Origin: an uncultured bacterium
GTDB taxonomy: Bacteria > Actinomycetota > Acidimicrobiia > Spongiisociales > UBA5794
Reading direction: 5' to 3'
DNA length: 64,000 nt
NCBI GenBank assembly: GCA_963801165.1
Contig: CAWDDT010000005.1
Span: 544,001-608,000 of the forward strand
The notes beneath the pieces were generated by a model. The model worked only from the letters and a program-made list of their open reading frames with translations, was not told the origin of the DNA and did no database searches. Of the stretch, positions 17,547 to 26,071 are shown one piece after another; position 1 is the first letter of the stretch; every line of letters begins with the position of its first letter. The translations under genes were made by a program, and so were the position numbers.

Positions 17547-18716
17547 GTGGGTTCGGTACGAAAGGTGAAGCATCGATCCGGCAAGGAGAGCTGGCAAGCA
17601 CGGTGGCGGGACCCGTCGGGCACGGACCGTTCCAAGAACTTCGACCGGAAAGTAGACGCCAGCCAATACCTCGTTGGCTTGGAGTCCGACAAGCTCCGCG
17701 GGCGTTACACCGACCCTCGTCTTGGCCGGACCAAGCTCGCCGGATGGATCCGGGAATGGCAGGCCACACGGACGAACCTGAGTCCTCAGACGCGTCTCCG
17801 TGACGAAGCCTCGATTCGCAATCACGTGCTCCCCGCATTCGGTACCGTTCCGATCGGGCAGCTCCGGCCGGCGCATGTCGCACGGTGGGTTGCGGACCTC
17901 GACGCCAACGGCTCAGCGCCGGCCACCACCCGCAAGGCCTACCAGCTTCTAGCTGCCGCACTGTCCGACGCAGTGGACAATGGGCTCATCCCGCTATCGC
18001 CATGTAGGAACGTGAAGCTCCCCAAGCTCACCTCCCCGGAGATGAGGATTCTCGAGCCGGCAGAGATCAAGGCTCTGGCCGGTGCCGTCGACGAGCGCTA
18101 CCGAGCGATGATCCTGGCCGCGGCGTACACGGGGCTACGTTTTGGTGAACTTGCCGCTCTTCGGATAGAGCGATTCGACGCCCTGCGGAGGACGATCCGA
18201 GTGGAGGAAAGCCTCGCTGAGATCCGAGGGCAGTTCATGGTGAAACCGCCGAAGTCGGACGCCTCTCGCCGGATGGTCTCAGTGCCGTCGTTCGTAGTCG
18301 AGGAGCTGGCGCAACACCTAGCTGAACATGCCGACGGTTCCGGCCTCGTTTTCAATGCACCGTCTGGTGGTCCGATCCGACGTACGAACTTTCGACGACG
18401 GGTATGGCTTCCGGCGGTCCGAGCGTCGGTCGGAGAGCCGTGCACCTTTCACGATCTCCGACATACACACGCTGCACTTCTCATCGCCGTGGGTGAACAC
18501 CCGAAAGTCATCCAGGGACGGCTCGGTCACGCGTCGATCAAGACCACTCTCGATACCTACGGGCACCTCTTCGAGGGGCTCGATGAGGCCGCCGCGGATC
18601 GTCTCGACAAGGTGTGGCGCACCGCTGCTGTGGACGCGGTGTGGACGCAGCGAGATCGGGAGATAATCGAGTTCACAGGCAGAAAACCAAAACCCCTTGC
18701 GGGGCAAGGGGTTTGA
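17547..18716 (+). CDS. Tyrosine recombinase/integrase
   Basis: Arm-binding N-terminus WQARWRDPSG..RSKNF; TGLRFGEL, HDLRHT, LGHASIKTTLDTYGH; GGAGG SD before GTG 17547. Confidence 0.96.
   Translation: MGSVRKVKHRSGKESWQARWRDPSGTDRSKNFDRKVDASQYLVGLESDKLRGRYTDPRLGRTKLAGWIREWQATRTNLSPQTRLRDEASIRNHVLPAFGTVPIGQLRPAHVARWVADLDANGSAPATTRKAYQLLAAALSDAVDNGLIPLSPCRNVKLPKLTSPEMRILEPAEIKALAGAVDERYRAMILAAAYTGLRFGELAALRIERFDALRRTIRVEESLAEIRGQFMVKPPKSDASRRMVSVPSFVVEELAQHLAEHADGSGLVFNAPSGGPIRRTNFRRRVWLPAVRASVGEPCTFHDLRHTHAALLIAVGEHPKVIQGRLGHASIKTTLDTYGHLFEGLDEAAADRLDKVWRTAAVDAVWTQRDREIIEFTGRKPKPLAGQGV
18690..18714 (-). terminator. Intrinsic terminator downstream of tRNA-Ile
   Basis: Perfect 11-bp stem AAACCCCTTGC-GGG-GCAAGGGGTTT with a T-rich tail on the minus strand. 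Confidence 0.75.
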
Positions 18717-18717
18717 C

Positions 18718-18795
18718 TGGTGGGCCCAGCTGGATTTGAACCAGCGACCTCATCCTTATCAGGGATGCGCTCTAACCGAGCTGAGCTATGGGCCC
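18718..18795 (-). tRNA. tRNA-Ile (GAT)
   Basis: GGGCCCATAGCTCAGCTCGGTTAGAGCGCATCCCTGATAAGGATGAGGTCGCTGGTTCAAATCCAGCTGGGCCCACCA folds as a cloverleaf; CCA encoded. Confidence 0.97.
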
Positions 18796-18861
18796 GTAGG
18801 GTTGGCGAGTTTACCACCATGGAGGACGAACGATCCGGGGCCGGCATGCTGAACGGCCAAC

Positions 18862-19257
18862 TCAGGCAGCCGATGAATCGTGGTCGTGGCGAGCCCGGAT
18901 TACCTCGTTGACCGAGCCCTCGACGAGCTCGATCAGGTCGCGCAGCCGTGCGGCTACCTGGGCGCCGAGGTCGGTGAGGCTGTACTCGACCCGTGGCGGA
19001 ATAGCCGATTGAACGTCACGGACGACCATGCCGTCGCGCTCGAGCGTGTGCAGGGTCTGCGACAGCATCTTCTCGCTTATGCCGTCGACCCGCCGACGCA
19101 GCGCGTTGAAACGGTACGGGCTCTCGGCAAGGGCGACCAGCGCAAGCGTCCCCCACTTCGAGGCGACGTGGTCGACGATTGTGCGCGATGGGCAATCTCG
19201 GGCGAACACATCCGCCACTAGGTCGTCGGTCGGGCCATTGGTGTCGTCGGATTCCAT
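18862..19257 (-). CDS. HxlR-family winged-helix transcriptional regulator
   Basis: CPSRTIVDHVASKW, RFNALRRRVDGISEKMLSQTL, PPRVEYSLT. Confidence 0.93.
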   Translation of the reverse strand: MESDDTNGPTDDLVADVFARDCPSRTIVDHVASKWGTLALVALAESPYRFNALRRRVDGISEKMLSQTLHTLERDGMVVRDVQSAIPPRVEYSLTDLGAQVAARLRDLIELVEGSVNEVIRARHDHDSSAA

Positions 19258-19302
19258 GGCGTCATAATACCACGTCGCTCGTAAGTACTAACTGTGTGTA
19301 TA

Positions 19303-19323
19303 GTGCTTTCTATCAGAAAGTAT
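19303..19323. promoter_or_regulatory. Candidate HxlR operator
   Basis: CTTTCT-ATC-AGAAAG inverted repeat in the AT-rich divergent spacer. Confidence 0.4.
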
Positions 19324-19363
19324 ACGTTTCTCCCGTACCGCCCGGGAGAGAGGAGCCGAAACC

Positions 19364-20224
19364 ATGACCATCGCCATAACCGGAGCCACCGGAAACTTCG
19401 GGAACCTAGCCATCCGCGACCTGCTCGGACGGGATGTGCCTGCCGCTGATCTCGTTGCAGTTGTGCGCTCACCCGAGAAGGCTCGGGAGCTCGCCGATCT
19501 CGGTGTCCAGATCCGTCGCGCCGACTACACCGATCCAGAGACGTTGCGCGCTGCATTCGACGGGGTCGACCGCCTCGTCTTCGTGTCGGGGAGCGAAGTC
19601 GGATCCCGGATCTCTCAGCATCAGAACGTCGTGGACGCTGCAGCGGCCACCGGCATCCAGCTCGTCGCATATACGAGCATCGTGCACGCCGACAGTTCGA
19701 AGATCGTCCTGGCCGGTGAGCACCTTGCCACCGAGCAGATGCTTGCCGCCAGCGGAGTTCCCCACGTGCTTCTCCGCAACAGCTGGTATCTCGAGAACTA
19801 CACCGGTGCCCTCCCCATGTACCTCGAATACGGGACCGTCCTGGGGGCGGCAGGCGACGGACGTGTCTCGGCGGCTACCCGCGCCGACTTCGCCGCCGCC
19901 GCAGCGACGGTCGTCGCTGAGGACGGTCACGCCGGTGCTGTCTACGAGCTGGGTGGCGAGCCGGCCTTCACGCTCGCGGAGCTTGCGTACACACTGAGCG
20001 AGATCTCGGGCACCAAGGTGGTGTACCAGAACCTCGACACGGAAGCACTGGTGGCGGCGCTTTCGGGCGCCGGTGTTCCCGACCCGATGGCACAGGTGTT
20101 GGCGGACTCCGACCTGGGCATCGCCCGCGGCGAGCTGTTCACCGACAGCGGCGATCTCGCCAAGCTGATCGGGCGGCCGCCGACGACCCTGGCCAGGGCA
20201 ATACGAACAGCGTTCGCCGGCTAG
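19364..20224 (+). CDS. NAD(P)H-dependent oxidoreductase, NmrA/YtfG (QOR2)-like
   Basis: ITGATGNFG Rossmann motif, QHQNVVDAA, LRNSWYLEN; divergent from HxlR regulator. Confidence 0.9.
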   Translation: MTIAITGATGNFGNLAIRDLLGRDVPAADLVAVVRSPEKARELADLGVQIRRADYTDPETLRAAFDGVDRLVFVSGSEVGSRISQHQNVVDAAAATGIQLVAYTSIVHADSSKIVLAGEHLATEQMLAASGVPHVLLRNSWYLENYTGALPMYLEYGTVLGAAGDGRVSAATRADFAAAAATVVAEDGHAGAVYELGGEPAFTLAELAYTLSEISGTKVVYQNLDTEALVAALSGAGVPDPMAQVLADSDLGIARGELFTDSGDLAKLIGRPPTTLARAIRTAFAG

Positions 20225-20250
20225 CGCCGGGTCCGGGCGTTGCCGCTGGG

Positions 20251-20324
20251 TGGAGACGATCGGATTCGAACCGACGACCCCCTGGTTGCAAACCAGGTGC
20301 TCTGCCAGGCTGAGCTACGTCCCC
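20251..20324 (-). tRNA. tRNA-Ala (TGC)
   Basis: GGGGACGTAGCTCAGCCTGGCAGAGCACCTGGTTTGCAACCAGGGGGTCGTCGGTTCGAATCCGATCGTCTCCA. Confidence 0.96.
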
Positions 20325-20412
20325 TCGAAGACGCGACATTGTAGGTTCTCCACCGGCCATTCGGTACTCGGCACCCGGTACTCTTATGGGTCTGCGGCAA
20401 AGAGGGAGCCTG

Positions 20413-21582
20413 ATGGCAAATGCAGTGATCGTCGACGCGCTTCGCACCCCGGGTGGCAAGCGGGGTGGCAAGCTCAAAGACTGGCACCCGGTCGATCTCG
20501 CCTCGGAGGTGCTGGCGGAGATCGTTGCCCGCAACAACGTGGACCCGGGAATGGTGGACGACGTCATCATGGGCTGCGTCTCCCAGACCGGTGAGCAGAG
20601 CGTCAACGTTGGTCGTAACGCCTTGCTCGCCGCCGGTTTTCCGGAGCACGTTCCCGGCGTGACCATCGATCGGCAATGTGGCTCCTCTCAGCAGGCGGTC
20701 CATTTCGCCGCCCAGGGTGTCATGGCGGGGGCGTACGACATTGTTATCGCCGCCGGTGTCGAATCGATGACCCGGGTCCCGATGGGCATCACGATGCAGC
20801 AAGGTCCCGGGGTGCCCTTCGGGCCCAAGATGAACGCCCGTTACGAGAACGGGCTCGTTCCGCAGGGCATCTCCGCCGAGCTGATCGCCGAGCAGTGGGG
20901 GATCACGAGGGAGGAGATCGACCGGCTAGCTCTCGACTCGCATCGGCGCGCCGAACGGGCCACCACCGAGGGGAGATTCAAGAGCGAGATCCTCCCGATC
21001 GCCGTCAAGAGCGATGGCGGCTCTACCGAGATGATGACCACGGACGAAGGCATCCGCCCCGAGACGACCCTCGAGGTGCTCGCCGGGTTGCGTACGGTGT
21101 TCAAGGAAGACGGTGTTGTCACCGCCGGAAACTCGTCCCAGATCAGCGACGGGGCGGCAGCTGTGTTGGTGATGAGCGAGGACAAGGCGCACCAGCTCGG
21201 TTTGGCGCCCCGGGCCCGGTTCAAGGCGTTCGCCGTCGTTGGTGTCGATCCGATAACGATGCTCACCGGACCGATCCCCGCCACCCGCAAGGTGCTCGAC
21301 AAGGCGGGGCTGACCATCGACGACATAGACTTGTTCGAAGTCAACGAGGCGTTCGCCACCGTCATCGCCGCGTGGCTACACGACACCGGCGCTGATTGGG
21401 AAAAGACCAACGTCAACGGCGGGGCCGTGGCGCTTGGTCACCCGCTCGGGGCCTCGGGTGCCAAGCTCATGACCGCCCTTGTGCACGAGATGGAGCGGCG
21501 GGGGGCACGCTACGGTCTACAGACCATGTGCGAAGGTGGCGGTATGGCCAACGCCACGATCCTGGAACTCGTCGAAAGCTAG
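20413..21582 (+). CDS. Acetyl-CoA C-acyltransferase (thiolase)
   Basis: IDRQCGSSQQA, EVNEAF, GHPLGASG, TMCEGGG motifs. Confidence 0.96.
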   Translation: MANAVIVDALRTPGGKRGGKLKDWHPVDLASEVLAEIVARNNVDPGMVDDVIMGCVSQTGEQSVNVGRNALLAAGFPEHVPGVTIDRQCGSSQQAVHFAAQGVMAGAYDIVIAAGVESMTRVPMGITMQQGPGVPFGPKMNARYENGLVPQGISAELIAEQWGITREEIDRLALDSHRRAERATTEGRFKSEILPIAVKSDGGSTEMMTTDEGIRPETTLEVLAGLRTVFKEDGVVTAGNSSQISDGAAAVLVMSEDKAHQLGLAPRARFKAFAVVGVDPITMLTGPIPATRKVLDKAGLTIDDIDLFEVNEAFATVIAAWLHDTGADWEKTNVNGGAVALGHPLGASGAKLMTALVHEMERRGARYGLQTMCEGGGMANATILELVES

Positions 21583-21591
21583 GTACGGCAA

Positions 21592-21825
21592 GTGCAAGCT
21601 GCGATCGCGATCGCGATCGGTGTGGTGATCATCGCGTTCACCCTGTGGGTGATCCGGCTGCTGCTGGTCCCCCAGCCCGAGGAGCCCGATCCCGATGCGG
21701 TCCGCGAGGTGGCGGTCGACTACCGCTGTGTCATCTGCGGCATGCGGCTGACTGTCACCCACGCCCAGGACGCCGTTCTCGACGCACCGCGTCACTGCCG
21801 CGAGGACATGGTCGAGGTGCCGTAG
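21592..21825 (+). CDS. Small membrane protein with zinc-ribbon-like motif
   Basis: N-terminal TM, YRCVICG...PRHCREDM; directly follows the thiolase. Confidence 0.7.
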   Translation: MQAAIAIAIGVVIIAFTLWVIRLLLVPQPEEPDPDAVREVAVDYRCVICGMRLTVTHAQDAVLDAPRHCREDMVEVP

Positions 21826-21889
21826 CGAGTGTGCTGAAAGAATCGAGTCACACGTGTGCGAGCCTTCGCGGCGATCAACCAGCACCCTC

Positions 21890-22830
21890 CTAGGTGTATT
21901 GATCTGTGAGGTTGTTGACGCGGGTGTTGGGTGGAGCGTCGACTGCGGTGTGATGTCTGTGGTGATTGTATTGGTGTAGCCAGTTGGGGAGATCGTCGGC
22001 TCGTTGCTGGTTCGAGGTCCAGGTTCTGGTGTAGGCCCATTCGGTGGCGAGGGTGCGCTGATAGCGTTCGACTTTGCCGTTGGTTTGGGGATGGTATGGC
22101 CAGGTGAAGATGTGTTCTATGTCGAACGATTCGATTGTGTCACGGAAGAGATTCGAGACGCATCCGGGTCCGTTGTCGGTCATGATGGCCTGGATCATCA
22201 CACCCTGGTCAGCGAACCACTGCCGGGCTCTGGCTACGAACTCGAGACAGGTGATGGCTTTCTCGTCTTTGAGGAATTCGCCGTAGGCAACCCGTGAGTA
22301 GTCGTCGACTACCGAATGCAGATAGGTGTATCCGATCTTGCCGGGACGAGAGACGTTGCCCCAGCCATGGGCTCGCCAGCCGCCCCCAGCAGGGATCTTC
22401 CCGAACTTCTTGATATCAATATGCACCAGCTCGCCAGCCACCTTCTTCTCGTAGCGGCGGATAATCCGTCCCGAAGGCGGGTCCAAATCACGTAGCCTCG
22501 ATATCCCGTATCGTCTTAAGACTCGCCACACCGTCGACGTCACCAAGTGGAGATGACCAGCAATCATCGCTGGTCCCCAACGACGGTTTACCCGTAACCC
22601 GATAATGCGTCGTTCAGTGCGTTGTGCAAGCCGATTCGGACAAGAGCGAGGCACCGATCTGCGGTCAACCAGGCCGGCCTCCCCTTCAGCCAGATAGCGG
22701 TTCCACCACTTCGATGCGACCTGACGAGCACCCCCATCTCGACAGCGACATGAGCAATCGGGCGGCCCTTATTGATTCGTTCACAAAGGATCCGGCGACC
22801 CGTCGGGGTCAAAGGCGCATTAGCGTGCAC
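21890..22830 (-). pseudogene. IS481 transposase with a single-base frameshift
   Basis: HANAPLTPTGR start; 1-nt deletion near 22728 (EMGV/SRQVASKWWNRY); DDE core HIDIKK, MTDNG, QTNGKVER. Confidence 0.88.
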
Positions 22831-22926
22831 AAGGAGCCTCCTCTGGCTGGCGTGATGCGTGTAAACACCACACAACCAGGGAGGCTCAACTAATCACAAC
22901 CGTCAACAACCTCCCGAAGCAATACA
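21895..22926 (-). mobile_element. IS481-family insertion sequence
   Basis: Ends TGTATTG..GAGGTTGTTGACG / CGTCAACAACCTC..CAATACA (TGT..ACA); 6-bp target duplication CCTAGG at 21889-21894 and 22927-22932. Confidence 0.93.
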
Positions 22927-22945
22927 CCTAGGGACGAAATTCGCG

Positions 22946-22977
22946 TTTTCCCCAGCTGTGGAGAACAGCGTGGATAA
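22946..22977. promoter_or_regulatory. Cluster of DnaA-box-like 9-mers
   Basis: TTTTCCCCA (2 mismatches), TGTGGAGAA and CGTGGATAA (1 mismatch each) relative to TTATCCACA/TGTGGATAA. Confidence 0.45.
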
Positions 22978-22998
22978 CTACAAGGCTGTAATTTGCCG

Positions 22999-23253
22999 CT
23001 ATCGGTAGTTGAGCGTCATGGCGAAACCGCCCGCGATCCCGGCCAGCCCGATCATCAGCCACATGTTCTTGGAAATGAGGGGCAACGCGACCACATAGTT
23101 GACGAGGATGAGGAGAACACCCAGACCCATGAGGCTGAACATCACGGCCACGTACCAGACCGGCGATGGGCCCTTTTCTGCGACCGGATCCGTCCTCTTC
23201 GGCGGGGTGGGGCGGTGGTTGGCTACTTTCTTGCGCTTCTTCGAGACAGGCAT
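22999..23253 (-). CDS. crgA: Cell division protein CrgA
   Basis: MPVSKKRKK...PSPVWYVAVMFSLMGLG with two TM helices; conserved position before the sortase and pabA. Confidence 0.88.
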   Translation of the reverse strand: MPVSKKRKKVANHRPTPPKRTDPVAEKGPSPVWYVAVMFSLMGLGVLLILVNYVVALPLISKNMWLMIGLAGIAGGFAMTLNYR

Positions 23254-23329
23254 GGGCGTAAAGGCTAGCGTCCACTAACCGATACTCTGCAAGCGGCTCC
23301 GGAAACAGGTGAGCCGTTTCGAGGAAGAA

Positions 23330-24115
23330 ATGACCGATACCGAGACCCCGCCAAGCGATATCACTCGCCCGGTCCCGCATGGGGGCCGCAGCATGCGGGT
23401 GATCCACGGTCTCGGGTGGACCCTCATCTACCTCGGCGTGCTCACTCTCGGTTTCGTTGTTCACGAGCTGGTGATCACGACATGGTTCGCCCAGCAGGCG
23501 CAGCCCGAACTGACCGCGGAACGGCTGGCACAGTGGGCACAGACCGATATCACCGACATGGTCGTCGTCCCTACCACGACGGCTAACCAGGGAAATGAGA
23601 ACACGACTGGCACCGGCGCCCCCGGCGACGAGGGCGGGAGCGCCCAGCCGGTAATTCTCAAAGTCGAGTCCGAACCCGAGCTGGGCACCGCGTTCGCTGT
23701 CATCCGCATCCCCAAGTTAGAGCGGCTCCGAGATGGGTGGAACGTCGTCGAGGGGGTACGGGTCGTCGATCTGCGCAACGGCGCGGGGCACATGCCGGGC
23801 ACCGCGATGCCCGGCCAACCAGGCAATGCCGTCATAAGCGGGCACCGCACCACCTACGGTCAACCGTTTCACGAGCTCAACGAGCTCGATCCCGGCGACC
23901 GTATCGAGGTCGAAACGGCCATCGGCACCAGCGTGTACGAGGTGAGGGAGATACACATCGTCGCCCCCACCGACCTCTGGGTGACCGAGCCGAGACAGGG
24001 TGCCTGGCTCACGCTCACAACGTGCCATCCCAAGTTCTCTGCCCGGCAGCGGTACGTTGTCGTCGCCGAGCTGGTGTACGGACCGAACTACGACGCAATC
24101 CAGGCGATGTCATGA
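23330..24115 (+). CDS. Class E sortase
   Basis: N-terminal TM; GAGHMPGT, GNAVISGHRTTYG, LTLTTCHP..R catalytic motifs. Confidence 0.92.
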   Translation: MTDTETPPSDITRPVPHGGRSMRVIHGLGWTLIYLGVLTLGFVVHELVITTWFAQQAQPELTAERLAQWAQTDITDMVVVPTTTANQGNENTTGTGAPGDEGGSAQPVILKVESEPELGTAFAVIRIPKLERLRDGWNVVEGVRVVDLRNGAGHMPGTAMPGQPGNAVISGHRTTYGQPFHELNELDPGDRIEVETAIGTSVYEVREIHIVAPTDLWVTEPRQGAWLTLTTCHPKFSARQRYVVVAELVYGPNYDAIQAMS

Positions 24116-24264
24116 TTACGAGAATCTGGAGACTGTTGCCCGGTCCGCTCAGTGTGCGTGTCGCGCAGGCGGTCGTGCTCACCCTCGTCTTTCTGGTCGC
24201 CCTGCACTTCTTCTACGATTGGGTCGGCAACTGGCTTCTCGACCAGGGTGGCACCGTCGGATGA
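24112..24264 (+). CDS. Small (50 aa) membrane protein
   Basis: MITRIWRLLPGPLSVRVAQAVVLTLVFLVALHFFYDWV; ATGA overlaps with both neighbours. Confidence 0.75.
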   Translation: MITRIWRLLPGPLSVRVAQAVVLTLVFLVALHFFYDWVGNWLLDQGGTVG

Positions 24265-24821
24265 AAGTACTCGTCATTGACAACTACGACTCGTTCACCT
24301 TCAACCTCGTCCAGTATCTCGGCGAGTTGGGGGCGGAACCGGTTGTCGTGCGCAACGACGCCCTCGACCCGGCGGATGCGGCCCGGCAGAGCTTCGATCG
24401 TCTCTTGATCTCGCCGGGACCAGGTCGCCCCGAGGACGCCGGCAGCTCGATTGATTTCATCAAGGTGCTCGGTCCCGCCATCCCGACTCTCGGCGTGTGC
24501 CTCGGTCATCAGGCGATCGCGGTGGCGTTTGGTGGCCGCGTAGATCTGGCACCTGAGCCGCGTCACGGCAAGGTGTCAACGATCACCCACGACGGGCGGG
24601 GGGTCTTCCGCAATCTTCCCAACCCGTTTGAAGCCACCCGGTATCACTCCCTGGCCACTATCGAATTGCCGGTTGAGCTGGAGGTGGTAGCGCACAGCGA
24701 AGATGGCGTTGTCCAGGGCATCCGGCATCGAGAGCTTCCGATCACGGGTGTCCAGTTCCACCCGGAGAGCATCATGACTACCGCCGGCAAGGATCTGCTG
24801 GCGAACTTTCTCAGCAACTAG
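24261..24821 (+). CDS. pabA: Aminodeoxychorismate/anthranilate synthase component II (glutamine amidotransferase)
   Basis: VIDNYDSFTFNL, ISPGPG, GVCLGHQ, GVQFHPES; pabA vs trpG cannot be distinguished from sequence. Confidence 0.92.
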   Translation: MKVLVIDNYDSFTFNLVQYLGELGAEPVVVRNDALDPADAARQSFDRLLISPGPGRPEDAGSSIDFIKVLGPAIPTLGVCLGHQAIAVAFGGRVDLAPEPRHGKVSTITHDGRGVFRNLPNPFEATRYHSLATIELPVELEVVAHSEDGVVQGIRHRELPITGVQFHPESIMTTAGKDLLANFLSN

Positions 24822-24822
24822 C

Positions 24823-25605
24823 GTGCCTGGCTACCTCGACACTGCGGTGGAGATAGCTGCGACGGCCAGCGAGATCATGCTGCGTTACTTCGACGCCGGC
24901 CTGTCCGCCGAGTGGAAGGCGGACGACACGCCCGTGACCATCGCCGACCGGACAATCAACGACATGGTGATCGACCGCATTGCCGCCCGGTACCCCGGCC
25001 ATGGCGTCGTCGGTGAGGAGGCTTCCCGGAATCGCCCGGAAGCGACGATGCAATGGGTGTGCGATCCCATCGACGGGACCGTGCCCTTCCTGCTGGGGAT
25101 ACCGACCAACGTCTTTGCGCTCGCCCTATGTGAGGAGGGCAAGCCGATCGTGTCGGTGATCGCCGACCCATATCTGTCCCGGACGTATACCGCCACCCAT
25201 GGCGGCGGTTCGTTCTGCAACGATCGCCGGTTATCTGTGTCGGCCACTGCCGGGTTGCCCGGTGCGATGATGAACGTGTCCGGACGCAGCGACGGCGACC
25301 CGGCCAGCGGTGCCGCCATCTACCGCGACCTCGAGGCTGCCGGTGTCAGCCAGATGCACCATTACTCGATGCTGTACGAGGCCGTCCAGGTTGCGGCAGG
25401 GAAGTTCGATGCTGCCATCTACGCCAAGTCGCACCCGTGGGATGCCGCCGCCGGTGCCCTCCTCGTGACCGAGGCCGGTGGCCGGGTCACCGACCTCCTG
25501 GGCCGAAACCAGCGCTACGACCGCACCATCACAGGTGCCGTCTTCTCCAACGGCCACGTGCACGACGACCTTGTCGCCCTGACCACCCCCCACGTAGCCA
25601 AATAG
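24823..25605 (+). CDS. Inositol monophosphatase-family protein
   Basis: KADDTPVTIAD, GEE, WVCDPIDGT, PWDAAAGALLVTEAGG. Confidence 0.92.
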   Translation: MPGYLDTAVEIAATASEIMLRYFDAGLSAEWKADDTPVTIADRTINDMVIDRIAARYPGHGVVGEEASRNRPEATMQWVCDPIDGTVPFLLGIPTNVFALALCEEGKPIVSVIADPYLSRTYTATHGGGSFCNDRRLSVSATAGLPGAMMNVSGRSDGDPASGAAIYRDLEAAGVSQMHHYSMLYEAVQVAAGKFDAAIYAKSHPWDAAAGALLVTEAGGRVTDLLGRNQRYDRTITGAVFSNGHVHDDLVALTTPHVAK

Positions 25606-25616
25606 CGATCCCACGT

Positions 25617-26066
25617 CCCGGTCCAATCCCTCCCTGCGGTCGGGTGTACCAGCAGCGATTGTGCTGGGAGCAAGTAGTGATCCCCCCATTTCGGGGGATC
25701 GGACGGCCTCCCGGGCCGTCCGAGGGGGGAAGGACGAGCGGCGTTCGCCGTTGATTGTGCCCCCCTCCCGGTCCAGTCCCTCCCTCCGGTCGGGTCTGGC
25801 CCCGCCCTCCCGCAAGGGGAGGGCCGCTACAGCAATCCCCCCATTTCGGGGGGATCGGGCGGCCTCCCGGGCCGTCCGAGGGGGGAAGGACGAGCGGCGC
25901 TCGCCGTTGATTGTGCCCCCCTCCCGGTCCAGTCCCTCCCTGCGGTCGGGTCTGGCCCCGCCCTCCCGCAAGGGGAGGGCCGCTACAGCAATCCCCCCAT
26001 TTCGGGGGGATCGGGCGGCCTCCCGGGCCGTCCGAGGGGGGAAGGACGAGCGGCGCTCGCCGTTGA
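25617..26066. repeat. Tandem array of a ~156-bp palindrome-rich (REP/BIME-like) unit
   Basis: Units start at 25680, 25835 and 25991 (about 2.5 copies) plus a partial copy at 25617; internal hairpins ATCCCCCC..GGGGGGAT and CCCTCCC-GCAA-GGGGAGGG; lies between convergent genes. Confidence 0.9.
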
Positions 26067-26071
26067 CGCAT

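Larger units (their letters stand above)
4838..18767. mobile_element. Integrative mobilizable element 1 (tyrosine integrase, excisionase, MobF relaxase) in tRNA-Ile
   Basis: 48-bp direct repeat 4838-4885 = 18720-18767 (1 mismatch), matching the 3' part of tRNA-Ile; integrase abuts the tRNA; relaxase inside; about 13.9 kb. Confidence 0.92.

Noticed and set aside
25617-26066. Tandem repeat as a CRISPR array
   Set aside because: Whole 156-bp units are near-identical with no unique spacers, and no cas genes are present in the window.
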